64,000 nt of DNA. It comes from Acidobacteriota bacterium (lineage in GTDB: Bacteria; Aquificota; Aquificia; Aquificales; Aquificaceae). Where the stretch lies: assembly GCA_003696155.1 (NCBI GenBank), contig RFFP01000003.1:10645-74644 (forward strand), written 5' to 3'. This document shows, piece by piece, positions 47,890 to 56,402 of this stretch. The stretch's first letter is position 1; each line of letters starts with the position of its first letter. Below the pieces are notes generated by a model. That model worked only from the letters and a program-made list of their open reading frames with translations, had not been told where the DNA came from and ran no database searches. Both the position numbers and the translations under genes were made by a program.

Positions 47890-48441
47890 GTGAACAGGGA
47901 GTTCTACCAAAAGTTAAAGACCCTTATAAAGGAGCGTTCTTTAAAGGTTTCAGAAAAGCCCGTCTTTAAACTGTCCTCTGGCAAGCTTAGCAGGTTTTAC
48001 GTTGACCTCAAGCAAGTTACCTTTGACCCAGAAGGCGCCTATATTGTGGGAAGGCTTATGTACGAGCTTTTAAGGGACTTCAGCCCTGACGGTGCTGGGG
48101 GGCTAACCTTGGGCGCGGACCCTATAGCCTACGGTGTCAGCTTTGTCTCCTACCTTGAGGGGAATCCCATAAAACCCTTTGTGGTAAGGAAGGAGCCAAA
48201 GGCTCACGGTATGGGAAGGCAGGTGGAGGGGCTTTTAAGGCCAGGGGATAGGGTTGCGGTGCTTGAAGATGTGATAACCACGGGGAGCTCCTCCTTGAAG
48301 GCAGTTCAGGCCTGCAGACGCGAGGGCTACCACGTTGTAGGTGTCTTTGCCATAGTGGACAGGCAAGAGGGGGGTTCAGAAAACCTTAAAGGTGAAGGTG
48401 TGGAGGTCTATTCGCTGTTTAAAATTGCAGAGCTACTCTAG
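47890..48441 (+). CDS. pyrE: orotate phosphoribosyltransferase
   Basis: 183 aa from GTG. PRPP motif VAVLEDVITTGSS. Confidence 0.9.
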   Translation: MNREFYQKLKTLIKERSLKVSEKPVFKLSSGKLSRFYVDLKQVTFDPEGAYIVGRLMYELLRDFSPDGAGGLTLGADPIAYGVSFVSYLEGNPIKPFVVRKEPKAHGMGRQVEGLLRPGDRVAVLEDVITTGSSSLKAVQACRREGYHVVGVFAIVDRQEGGSENLKGEGVEVYSLFKIAELL

Positions 48442-48476
48442 ATGGTTATAGCTTCTTAGTCCTTATAATAAGTTCC

Positions 48477-49205
48477 GTGGATAGTGTTGTCTTCATAGCC
48501 TCTTTACTCCTTCTTGGTACCTTTCTGGGAAGTATTTTAGCGGTATTCTTCAGGAGGCTCCTTTTCAGTGTGGGTGTGAGCCTTTCCTTTACGGGGGGTG
48601 TAATGCTGGTTGCTAGCTTTACGAGCCTTATACTTCCAGGGGTTGAGGTTGGTGGTTTTTTTCAGGTAGCTCTCGGTATAACCCTTGGCTTTGCCTTTAT
48701 GGCTTTTCTTGAGAACCTCATACCCCACGAGCACATGCTAAAGGGTAGGGAGGGCATAAGCTCGGAAAGGCTAAGCAGGATTTACCTCATAGTTTTAGGT
48801 GTAGTAATACACAACGTCCCAGAGGGCTTGAGCGTAGGTATTGCAAGCGCCTACTCTTTGGACAAGGGTCTGGAGACATCCATAGCCATAGCCCTTCAGG
48901 ACGCCCCCGAGGGCTTGGTGGTTAGCCTACCCCTTATGGTCCTAACTGGCAAGGTGCTAATACCTCTTTTTATGGGTTTTTTAAGTGGGCTTTTGGAGTT
49001 TTTCTTTGCCCTTGGGGGCTACATCTTCTTTGAACTTTTCAAAAACCTCTTAGCCTTTGGCTTAGGCTTTGGTGGTGGTGCTATGGTGTACGTAACCGCT
49101 AAGGAGGTATTTCCAGAGGCTTACGCGGAAGGCAAGCATACCCTTTCCACCCTTGCCTTTCTCCTCGGGCTTTTGCTCATGCTTTTTCTGGACACCTCAC
49201 TTTAA
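48477..49205 (+). CDS. ZIP-family divalent metal (zinc) transporter
   Basis: 242 aa from GTG, polytopic. HNVPEGLSVG and QDAPEGLVV motifs, typical of ZupT-like ZIP proteins. Confidence 0.8.
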   Translation: MDSVVFIASLLLLGTFLGSILAVFFRRLLFSVGVSLSFTGGVMLVASFTSLILPGVEVGGFFQVALGITLGFAFMAFLENLIPHEHMLKGREGISSERLSRIYLIVLGVVIHNVPEGLSVGIASAYSLDKGLETSIAIALQDAPEGLVVSLPLMVLTGKVLIPLFMGFLSGLLEFFFALGGYIFFELFKNLLAFGLGFGGGAMVYVTAKEVFPEAYAEGKHTLSTLAFLLGLLLMLFLDTSL

Positions 49206-50015
49206 ACCCTTTTGTACGAGAACTGGGATAAGGTGCACGTTATGACACCTATAGCAGTATTGGCCTATCTCTGAGAGTTGTTTAAGAACCAAGTCTCTGT
49301 TCATCTGAGGTGCGTTCAAGGTTTTCTGAAGGCTATCTAAGGCGTTCATGTAGTCTTTTCCGGCAAGGGACTCTATGGATACCTTTGAGGTGTGGCATTT
49401 GGTACATATGGTGTTCATCTGCCTCGCCCTCTCCACAAAGTTACTACCATGTTCCTTAGCTTGGGCTATATCTCCCTGCAGTAGGAATATGCGTAATGAC
49501 TTCATGGAATCTGATAGCTTTTTCATGTAATCGGCAGTTTTAAGGTTTTGAAGCTCCACAGGGTCCTCAATAGTTATCCTATCGTAGCGGGGAAAGTGAT
49601 AGTAAAGCTTTACCACAGCCTGGTTCTCCTGATGGCACTTAACGCAGGTCTGACCCAGCTCCCTTGAAGCCTTTATAACCTCATCGGTGTTTTTGCCTTG
49701 AACCGCCTTGACCAGATTATCGGCCAGGGCTGGTTTATAGTAATCTCTCCACTCGGGCACCATCTTAGCGGATTCTTCATAAGTTTTCTTTAACTGCCTT
49801 GCCCACTCTGAGGCTCTTTCCCAGTTTCCCTGGTTTATGTTCAGGTTTATGCCGTGAAAGGCTGTACTCATGCTGTGCATGTTGGAGATATATTCCATTT
49901 TCTCCGACTGGGGTGGGTAGTACTTGTCTAAAGACTTAGGTGGTCTTTTCATAACTACCTGCTGGGCAAAGACAAGGCTTGAGCAAATTCCAAGGGTCAA
50001 GATTATAACCTTCAT
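49197..50015 (-). CDS. secreted tri-heme c-type cytochrome, mostly helical
   Basis: Start at MKVIILTLGICSSLVFA (ATG 50015), 5-6 nt after AAGGAGGG. Three CxxCH motifs: CVKCH, CTKCH, CYRCH. Each lies at the end of a helix-rich ~70-90 aa block. Confidence 0.7.
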   Translation of the reverse strand: MKVIILTLGICSSLVFAQQVVMKRPPKSLDKYYPPQSEKMEYISNMHSMSTAFHGINLNINQGNWERASEWARQLKKTYEESAKMVPEWRDYYKPALADNLVKAVQGKNTDEVIKASRELGQTCVKCHQENQAVVKLYYHFPRYDRITIEDPVELQNLKTADYMKKLSDSMKSLRIFLLQGDIAQAKEHGSNFVERARQMNTICTKCHTSKVSIESLAGKDYMNALDSLQKTLNAPQMNRDLVLKQLSEIGQYCYRCHNVHLIPVLVQKGLK

Positions 50016-50104
50016 ATTTTTCCCTCCTTCTGCTTGAAATTTAGGCACCCTCCCTAGAGCTTTCAAGCTTATAAGCTCTTAAATATGTTTTAAAATCTTT
50101 AGCG

Positions 50105-50887
50105 ATGCATGTTCTTCTTATAGGTCTTGGGAATATGGGAAACAAGTACTTTTGGAAGCTAGAGCAGATGGGAGAGAGGCTTGTTCTCTGTGATATAGAC
50201 CCTACCAAGGGCAAGGATGGCCACCCCTTTTACTGCCATTTTGGTGAGGTTGTAGAACCTTTGAAAGCGGTCATAGTGGCGGTGAACCCGCAGGAACACG
50301 TAAGCATAGCGGAAAAGTTTTTAAGGGATGGCTTGCCCGTGCTACTGGAGAAGCCACCAGCGCTAAGTCTGGAGGAGTTTGAGAGGATAAGCCACTACAG
50401 AAACCTTTACATTTCAGAGGTCGAAGGCTATTCCGTATGTGCAGAGTTTTTAAGAAAGCCAAGAGAGAGCCTAAGGATAGAGAGGCTTGGAAGAGCTAAA
50501 GGTTATATCTCTCCCCTTTGGGACCTTGCCTGGCATGACCTCTACTTGATGCAAAGGGTATGCGAGGATGTAAGGCTTGAGAGCCTAAAAGTAGAAGGCA
50601 ACCTCTGTATATTGGAGGGTTATGCAGATGGGGTGCCCTTCAGCCTGAGCGTTGCATGGGAGCACCCACAGCCAAGAAGACGATGGTACATAGATGGGGA
50701 ACTCATCCTTGACTTTGGTGAGGAGAGAGTATACAAAAAGGGGGAGCTCTTAAGGGAAGAGAAGAGAGACAAGCTCAGGCTTATGGTAGAGAGCTTTTTA
50801 AAGGGTAGCTATGACAGAAAGAGCGTGGAGAGGGCTAGAGGAAACTTGCTTCTATTGGAGAAGCTCAGTCATACTTCTCCTTTTTAA
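50105..50887 (+). CDS. Gfo/Idh/MocA-like NAD(P)-dependent oxidoreductase
   Basis: 260 aa. N-terminal Rossmann motif LLIGLGNMGNKY and the EKP motif (LLEKPPA). Confidence 0.6.
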   Translation: MHVLLIGLGNMGNKYFWKLEQMGERLVLCDIDPTKGKDGHPFYCHFGEVVEPLKAVIVAVNPQEHVSIAEKFLRDGLPVLLEKPPALSLEEFERISHYRNLYISEVEGYSVCAEFLRKPRESLRIERLGRAKGYISPLWDLAWHDLYLMQRVCEDVRLESLKVEGNLCILEGYADGVPFSLSVAWEHPQPRRRWYIDGELILDFGEERVYKKGELLREEKRDKLRLMVESFLKGSYDRKSVERARGNLLLLEKLSHTSPF

Positions 50888-51596
50888 CCTGCCCTTTGTC
50901 CACGCCTAATTCCTCAAGGAGGCTCGCCATGTCGTCCACAAACTGAGGGGGTCCGCATAGGTAGTAGAGGTTTGAGGGTATGTTTTCCACCTCCTTTAAA
51001 ACCATATGGGCGTTTATTCTACCTCTGTAGCCCTTCCAATCTTCTGGCCAGGAGCGTGTAAGGGTGTGTACCACCTTTATATTGGAGTGTTTGTCTAGGT
51101 CTTGTAACTCGTCCCTGTATATGATCTCCTCGTAATGGGTGTTTGAGTAAAGCAAGACTGCCCTTACATGCTCCAAGCGCGCATCCCTTATGTATCGTAG
51201 TATACACATGAGGGGTACTATGCCACTGCCCGCACCCATTAGGACTATGTCTGTGCCCATCTGGGGAACCCATACAAACTTGCCGTAGGGTCCCTTTATG
51301 AGGAAGGTATCACCCTCCTTTGTTTGCTCTGTTAGGACTACGGAAGCCCTGCCGTTGGGTGTGCGTTTTACGGTAAGCTCCAAAAGCCCTTTCCTAGTTG
51401 GTGGACTGGCTATGGAGTAGGCCCTCTTTAAAAGTTCACCTTCATAGGGTACGTTAAGCATTACATACTGACCAGGATAGAAGTCAAAGTCCGTATGGGA
51501 TAGGTCAAAGACCAGGGTTTTTGTGGTGGGTGTCTCCTGCACAACCTTTACCACCTGTGCGGTAAACTCCCTTATAGGCTTTTTCTGAAGCTCCAT
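50865..51596 (-). CDS. FNR-type FAD/NAD(P)-binding oxidoreductase
   Basis: 243 aa. FAD motif RAYSIAS, NAD motif MGAGSGIVP and YLCGPPQF near the C-terminus. Confidence 0.75.
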   Translation of the reverse strand: MELQKKPIREFTAQVVKVVQETPTTKTLVFDLSHTDFDFYPGQYVMLNVPYEGELLKRAYSIASPPTRKGLLELTVKRTPNGRASVVLTEQTKEGDTFLIKGPYGKFVWVPQMGTDIVLMGAGSGIVPLMCILRYIRDARLEHVRAVLLYSNTHYEEIIYRDELQDLDKHSNIKVVHTLTRSWPEDWKGYRGRINAHMVLKEVENIPSNLYYLCGPPQFVDDMASLLEELGVDKGQVKKEKYD

Positions 51597-51600
51597 AGCC

Positions 51601-53307
51601 CTACCTCTGCCTCAGGGTTGGAAAGAGTATGACCTCTCTTATGGAGTCCACGCCTGCAAGCACCATAACAAGCCTGTCTATGCCTATGCCCTCCCCTGCT
51701 GTTGGGGGCATGCCGTACTCAAGAGCTCTTATGAAGTCTTCATCCATCTGCATAGCCTCTTCATCACCCATCTCACGTTCCTTGAGCTGCGCTAAGAATC
51801 TCTCCCTCTGTTCAAAGGGATCGTTGAGCTCCGTGTACGCATTGGCAAGCTCTTTGCCAGCAACGAAGAGCTCAAACCTCTCCACAAGCTCTGGGTTCTT
51901 CCTGTGGCTCTTTGCCAGGGGTGAGAGGAGCTTGGGAAAGTCCACTACAAAGCAAGGACCCCAAAGCTCGTCCTCCACTAGCACGTCAAAGACCTTGTCT
52001 ATAAGCTTGGCATGGGTAAGGGTATCCGCCTTGGGTATACCTATGTTCCCTGCGAGGTTTCTCAAACCTTCAAGGTCCTTAAGGAAAAAGTCCATGCCTT
52101 TGCCCGTTTTCTTTTCAAGGAGCTCAAAGTAGCTGTACCTTCTAAAAGGTGGGGTAAAGTCAAGCTCCCTACCCTTGTAGGTTATCCTCATACCCCCCAC
52201 TACGGTCCTTAGGAGTTCCTCCATGAGCTTTTCTGTGAACTCCATAAGGTCCTCGTAGTCCCAGTAGGCCACGTAGAACTCCAGCATGGTAAACTCGGGG
52301 TTATGGGTTGTGTCCACCCCTTCGTTGCGGAAGTTCTTTCCAAGCTCGTAAACCCTGTTAAAGCCACCAACTATAAGCCTCTTTAAGTAGAGCTCGGGCG
52401 CTATTCTTAGGTAAAGGTTTTGTTCAAGATAGTTGTGGTAGGTTATAAAGGGTTTGGCGTTCGCTCCAGACGCCACCTGCTGAAGGGTGGGCGTCTCCAC
52501 CTCTATAAAGCCCTCCATGTCCAGTATGCGCCTAATCTGGGATATAACCTTGCTTCTGAGAAGGAATATCTTCCTTGCCTCCTCGTTGGCTATAAGGTCT
52601 AAGTACCTCTGTCTGTAGCGCACCTCCACATCCTTTAGGCCGTGCCACTTTTCGGGCATAGGATGTAGGCTCTTGGTCAAAACGAGAAAATCCTCTACTT
52701 CCAGTGTCAGCTCACCCGTGTTGGTTCTAAAGAGCTTACCTCTAAATCCCAACACATCCCCCACATCCACAAGCTCCTCAAAGTCCCTAAACCTTTCATC
52801 CCCAAGCACATCCCTCTTTAGGTATATCTGTATCTTCCCAGTGCCATCTTGAACATGACCGAAGAGAGCCTTACCCATGCTACGCAGAGCAACGAGCCTT
52901 CCCGCTAAGGACACCTCCTCAAAGTTGGGGTCAAGGTCGTACTCCTTTTTTATGTCCTCTATCTGCACCGCCTCGCCACTATCTATGGAAACCGCAGAGA
53001 AGAGGCAGAGCTTCCCTTCGTACCTGCCCAAAAGGCCGGAAAGCTTGTACTCTTTACCCTGGGAGAGCTCCTCCTTGGTGAGAACCAGAATCTCCACACC
53101 CCTGCTATCTACAAGCCTTACGAGGTATCCATCCTCTACCGAAGATACCCTCTTTACCGTGCCCTTTAGGGTTATATGCTTATACTCTACATCCTTCTCA
53201 AACCTCTTCCTTACATCCCCTATGGTACTGCTCGTCTTGAATTTGTAAGGATAAGAAAGACCCCTTTCTTTAAGCACCTGCAACTTTTTTAGTCTGGACT
53301 CTTCCAT
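51601..53307 (-). CDS. lysS: lysine--tRNA ligase, class II, with an extra N-terminal insertion
   Basis: 568 aa. Class II motifs are present: YLRIAPELYLKR, FRNEG, GIGIDRLVMVL. An ~85-aa block (residues ~40-125) has no counterpart in E. coli LysS as I recall it. Confidence 0.92.
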   Translation of the reverse strand: MEESRLKKLQVLKERGLSYPYKFKTSSTIGDVRKRFEKDVEYKHITLKGTVKRVSSVEDGYLVRLVDSRGVEILVLTKEELSQGKEYKLSGLLGRYEGKLCLFSAVSIDSGEAVQIEDIKKEYDLDPNFEEVSLAGRLVALRSMGKALFGHVQDGTGKIQIYLKRDVLGDERFRDFEELVDVGDVLGFRGKLFRTNTGELTLEVEDFLVLTKSLHPMPEKWHGLKDVEVRYRQRYLDLIANEEARKIFLLRSKVISQIRRILDMEGFIEVETPTLQQVASGANAKPFITYHNYLEQNLYLRIAPELYLKRLIVGGFNRVYELGKNFRNEGVDTTHNPEFTMLEFYVAYWDYEDLMEFTEKLMEELLRTVVGGMRITYKGRELDFTPPFRRYSYFELLEKKTGKGMDFFLKDLEGLRNLAGNIGIPKADTLTHAKLIDKVFDVLVEDELWGPCFVVDFPKLLSPLAKSHRKNPELVERFELFVAGKELANAYTELNDPFEQRERFLAQLKEREMGDEEAMQMDEDFIRALEYGMPPTAGEGIGIDRLVMVLAGVDSIREVILFPTLRQR

Positions 53308-53412
53308 GAGTAAAGAATTATAGCATCTTACCCTATGTTGCTGGATTCAGAACAGAGCTCAGAAAAAAGGCCCTAAAGGCAAGCTTTAACCTTTTGCCTT
53401 ATAATTTTCACG

Positions 53413-54342
53413 ATGAAGGTCGGGCTTGTCTACGATGATATATACCTAGAGCACAACCTAAAGGGTCATCCTGAAAACAAGGATAGGCTAATTGCCATAG
53501 TTCAGGAGCTGGACAGAAGGGGTATTATGAAGGAGCTGTTGCACATAAGCCCAAGGAGAGCTACAGCCATGGAGGTCTCTCTTAACCACGACCCATCCTA
53601 CATCCAAGAGATAGCGGACTTCTGCTTGGCGGGCGGTGGATATTTAGACCCGGATACCTACGTGGTCTCATCTTCTTACGAGGTTGCTCTTACTGCGGTG
53701 GGTGGTGTTCTTGAGGGTATAGACCGTATAATCTCGGGTGAGGTTCAAGCCATCTTCTGTGCGGTAAGACCGCCAGGGCATCATGCGGAATATGCCAAGG
53801 CAATGGGCTTTTGTATCTTCAACAATGTGGCGATTGGAGCCCATTACCTTTTGCAGAAGGGTTTTGAAAGGGTCTTTATAGTGGACTTTGACGCCCATCA
53901 CGGCAACGGCACCCAAAAGAGCTTTTACGAAGACAGCAGAGTCTTTTACTTCTCCTCTCACGAGTACCCCTTCTACCCGGGTACGGGCTCAAGGGAGGAG
54001 AGAGGTGCGGGTGATGGATACGGTTTCACACATAACGAGCCTCTTCCAGCAGGTGCGGGCGATGAGGAATTTGACAGGGTCTACGGGAAGGTTTTCCCCG
54101 AGCTCTTTGAAAACTACAAGCCCCAGTTCCTTTTGGTTTCCGCTGGATACGATGCCCACAGGGATGACCCCCTTACATACTTAAACCTCTCCACAGAAGG
54201 TCTTGGAAGGCTTGTGGAAAACCTGCTAAAGAGTGCGAAAAACCTAAAGGTGCCCGTACTCTTTGTCCTAGAGGGTGGATACAACCTAAGGGTCTTGGGA
54301 GAGTGCGTAAGCCTTACCATAAAAAAGATGTTGGAGGCTTGA
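53413..54342 (+). CDS. histone deacetylase-family amidohydrolase (AcuC / acetylpolyamine deacetylase-like)
   Basis: 309 aa. RPPGHHA, VDFDAHHGNGTQ, EGGY. Confidence 0.88.
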   Translation: MKVGLVYDDIYLEHNLKGHPENKDRLIAIVQELDRRGIMKELLHISPRRATAMEVSLNHDPSYIQEIADFCLAGGGYLDPDTYVVSSSYEVALTAVGGVLEGIDRIISGEVQAIFCAVRPPGHHAEYAKAMGFCIFNNVAIGAHYLLQKGFERVFIVDFDAHHGNGTQKSFYEDSRVFYFSSHEYPFYPGTGSREERGAGDGYGFTHNEPLPAGAGDEEFDRVYGKVFPELFENYKPQFLLVSAGYDAHRDDPLTYLNLSTEGLGRLVENLLKSAKNLKVPVLFVLEGGYNLRVLGECVSLTIKKMLEA

Positions 54343-54549
54343 ATGCTTCATAAGTTAAAGCATTACCTTTTCCAGCTCCTGTCCTTTTTGTTTGTCCTTT
54401 ACGGTTTTTATCTTCTCTTTCTGTTTTTGCTGGATACTTTACTAAGGGTGAACAGACCTTTAGCCTACCCCCTTTCTACCCTTTTGGTCCTTTCCCTCTT
54501 CACCTTGACCATGTTTTACTGGTTTAAGAAGAAGAGGCTACCCTTTTAA
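54343..54549 (+). CDS. hypothetical 68-aa two-TM membrane protein
   Basis: ORF only. Its ATG immediately follows the deacetylase stop codon. Very hydrophobic, with a basic C-terminal tail. Confidence 0.35.
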   Translation: MLHKLKHYLFQLLSFLFVLYGFYLLFLFLLDTLLRVNRPLAYPLSTLLVLSLFTLTMFYWFKKKRLPF

Positions 54550-54578
54550 GGATAAGGGGGATATAATACTTTAGACTA

Positions 54579-54653
54579 GGGCGATTAGCTCAGAGGTAGA
54601 GCGCCATCCTCACAAGATGGAGGTCGGAGGTTCGAGTCCTCCATCGCCCACCA
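54579..54653 (+). tRNA. tRNA-Val (anticodon CAC), 72 nt plus encoded CCA
   Basis: Hand-folded: acceptor GGGCGAT/ATCGCCC, D arm GCTC-AGAGGTA-GAGC, anticodon arm CCATC-CTCACAA-GATGG, T arm GGAGG-TTCGAGT-CCTCC, discriminator A, then CCA. Confidence 0.9.
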
Positions 54654-54662
54654 CCCTTAAAC

Positions 54663-54691
54663 TTGACTTATATAATAATAAGGTTTATAAT
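54663..54691 (+). promoter_or_regulatory. near-consensus sigma-70-type promoter of the hydrogenase operon
   Basis: TTGACT (54663-54668), a 17-nt AT-rich spacer, then TATAAT (54686-54691). The hynS ATG at 54704 is only 12 nt downstream, and no SD lies between them. Confidence 0.55.
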
Positions 54692-54703
54692 GAATAATCG
54701 TTC

Positions 54704-55720
54704 ATGGAAAGCCTTTACAATGTTTTTAAAAGGAGAGGCTACACGAGAAGAGACTTTTTAAAATCCGCTCTCCTTATTGCATCTACCATTGGAATGGGTC
54801 CGTCTTTTCTTCCGCAGGTAGTTAAGGCTCTTGAGAGCAAGCCCAAACCTCAGGTTTTATGGCTTAGTTTCCAAAGCTGTCTGGGATGTACCCAGTCCAT
54901 TCTAAACAGCACCAGCATAGTGCCGGCAGATGTGCTTTCCGAGTACATATCCCTTGAGTACCACGAGACGCTGATGTTTTCCCATCGATCAAAGGAGGCG
55001 ATGGACCTACAAAAAGGTAGGTACGTGCTCGTCTTGGAGGGGTCACTGCCTGTGGATGGGGGTTTTTACTGCACCGGTGGGGGTAGGTCAGCCGAAGAGA
55101 TATTGAAGAGCTTGATGGATGGGGCAGGGCTTATACTAGCCTTGGGTAGCTGTGCAAGCTGGGGTGGGATAGCTCACGCGGAACCTAACCCAACGAAAGC
55201 GGTGGCCGTGGATGAGATTTTAAAACATAAGCGTGTAGTTAAGCTACCCGGATGCCCGCCTGTTGGGGACGTTATAGTTTCTGTTATTGCCAGCTTTGTA
55301 GTAACGGGCAAGCCACCAGAGGTTGACGGTGAGGGAAGACCTAGGGTCTTCTACGGTCAAACCATACATGACAGGTGCTACAGAAGACCCTTCTACGATG
55401 CGGGTAAGTTCGTTGGTTCCTTTGAGGGCGAAGATGCCCAAAGGGGTTACTGTCTTTATAGGATGGGCTGCAAGGGTCCTATAACCCGGAATGCCTGCGC
55501 TACTGTAAGATGGAACGGAGGGCTCAGCTTTCCCATACAGTCTGGACATCCCTGCTTCGGTTGCTCCGAGGCCGACTTTTGGGACAGAGGTTTCATATAC
55601 AGACCCCTTTCGGTTGTGGAGGAGGGCTTTAGTTGGAAGGAGGCACTCGCTGGTGCCCTTATTGGCACAGCCCTGGGCTATGGTACCGCCTACATAAACA
55701 AGAAGCTGGGAGGTGGTTAG
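54704..55720 (+). CDS. hynS: [NiFe] hydrogenase small subunit, Tat-exported, with a C-terminal membrane anchor
   Basis: 338 aa. Twin-arginine signal YTRRDFLKSA. Proximal-cluster motifs SCLGCTQS and GSCASWGG, distal-cluster HDRCYRR...C, and a hydrophobic tail LAGALIGTALGYGTAY. Confidence 0.9.
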   Translation: MESLYNVFKRRGYTRRDFLKSALLIASTIGMGPSFLPQVVKALESKPKPQVLWLSFQSCLGCTQSILNSTSIVPADVLSEYISLEYHETLMFSHRSKEAMDLQKGRYVLVLEGSLPVDGGFYCTGGGRSAEEILKSLMDGAGLILALGSCASWGGIAHAEPNPTKAVAVDEILKHKRVVKLPGCPPVGDVIVSVIASFVVTGKPPEVDGEGRPRVFYGQTIHDRCYRRPFYDAGKFVGSFEGEDAQRGYCLYRMGCKGPITRNACATVRWNGGLSFPIQSGHPCFGCSEADFWDRGFIYRPLSVVEEGFSWKEALAGALIGTALGYGTAYINKKLGGG

Positions 55721-55721
55721 G

Positions 55722-56390
55722 ATGAGCGATGTGGCTTTTTATGACTTTGTGAGGGAGCCTTTTCTCAAGCTTGCCCTTTGGGTCTTTTTCCTCGGTATTG
55801 CCTACAGGTTCTTCAGGGTTCTATTCTTAGGAATCCCCCATGATTATGCCAAACCGAAGGGGAACCCTTACTATATGGCAGTCAAGAAAATAGTCATAAA
55901 GCCCACCATGGGCTGGACCTTTAGGGAGATATTCGCAAGAAGGGCCATAAACTTCATAGGTGGCTTCATGTTCCACATAGGCTTTATAGGCCTTACCTTT
56001 CTTGTACCAGCCCATGCCCTCCTCTGGAGGGAGATAACGGGCCTCCCCATACCCATGATGCCCAACATAGTCTCCGACATGCTCGCCTATTCAGCTTTTG
56101 GGTCCCTCCTAGTTCTCACAGTACACCGAGCCCTTAACCCAGTCCTTAAGCTCCTAACTGGAAAGGATGAGTACTTTGCAAACCTGCTCATAGGGCTTAT
56201 ACTCTTTACAGGGCTTCTAGCCACCAAATGGGCTGGTAGCGGCTATATTTGGATACTTTCCATCCATATATTCCTTGCGGACCTCTTGATCATCTACATA
56301 CCCTTCAGTAGGCTATCCCACTTCGTCTACTACTTCCTGTCCGTTGGATTCATGGGTTGGAACGCAGGTAAAAGAGGGGTGAGCTTTTAG
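55722..56390 (+). CDS. isp1: membrane cytochrome b-like subunit (Isp1; NarI/DsrM-like)
   Basis: About 222 aa with 5 TM segments and conserved His residues within the helices. ATG 55722 lies 5 nt after GGGAGGTGG. It sits between the hydrogenase small and large subunit genes. Confidence 0.6.
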   Translation: MSDVAFYDFVREPFLKLALWVFFLGIAYRFFRVLFLGIPHDYAKPKGNPYYMAVKKIVIKPTMGWTFREIFARRAINFIGGFMFHIGFIGLTFLVPAHALLWREITGLPIPMMPNIVSDMLAYSAFGSLLVLTVHRALNPVLKLLTGKDEYFANLLIGLILFTGLLATKWAGSGYIWILSIHIFLADLLIIYIPFSRLSHFVYYFLSVGFMGWNAGKRGVSF

Positions 56391-56402
56391 GAGGTTAATA
56401 TC

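Noticed and set aside
51629-52132. Long ORFs antisense to well-supported genes. Examples: 167 aa inside lysS; 159 aa at 29091-29570 inside der; 139 aa at 31496-31915 inside rgy; 129 aa at 16306-16695; 126 aa at 8072-8452; 119 and 121 aa inside the helicase gene; and many others in the track.
   Set aside because: All lie fully inside, and antisense to, genes with strong family signatures. They are low-complexity (Ser/Leu/Pro/Arg-rich), lack SD sequences and have no recognisable motifs. Such ORFs are expected by chance where sense codon usage is purine-rich.
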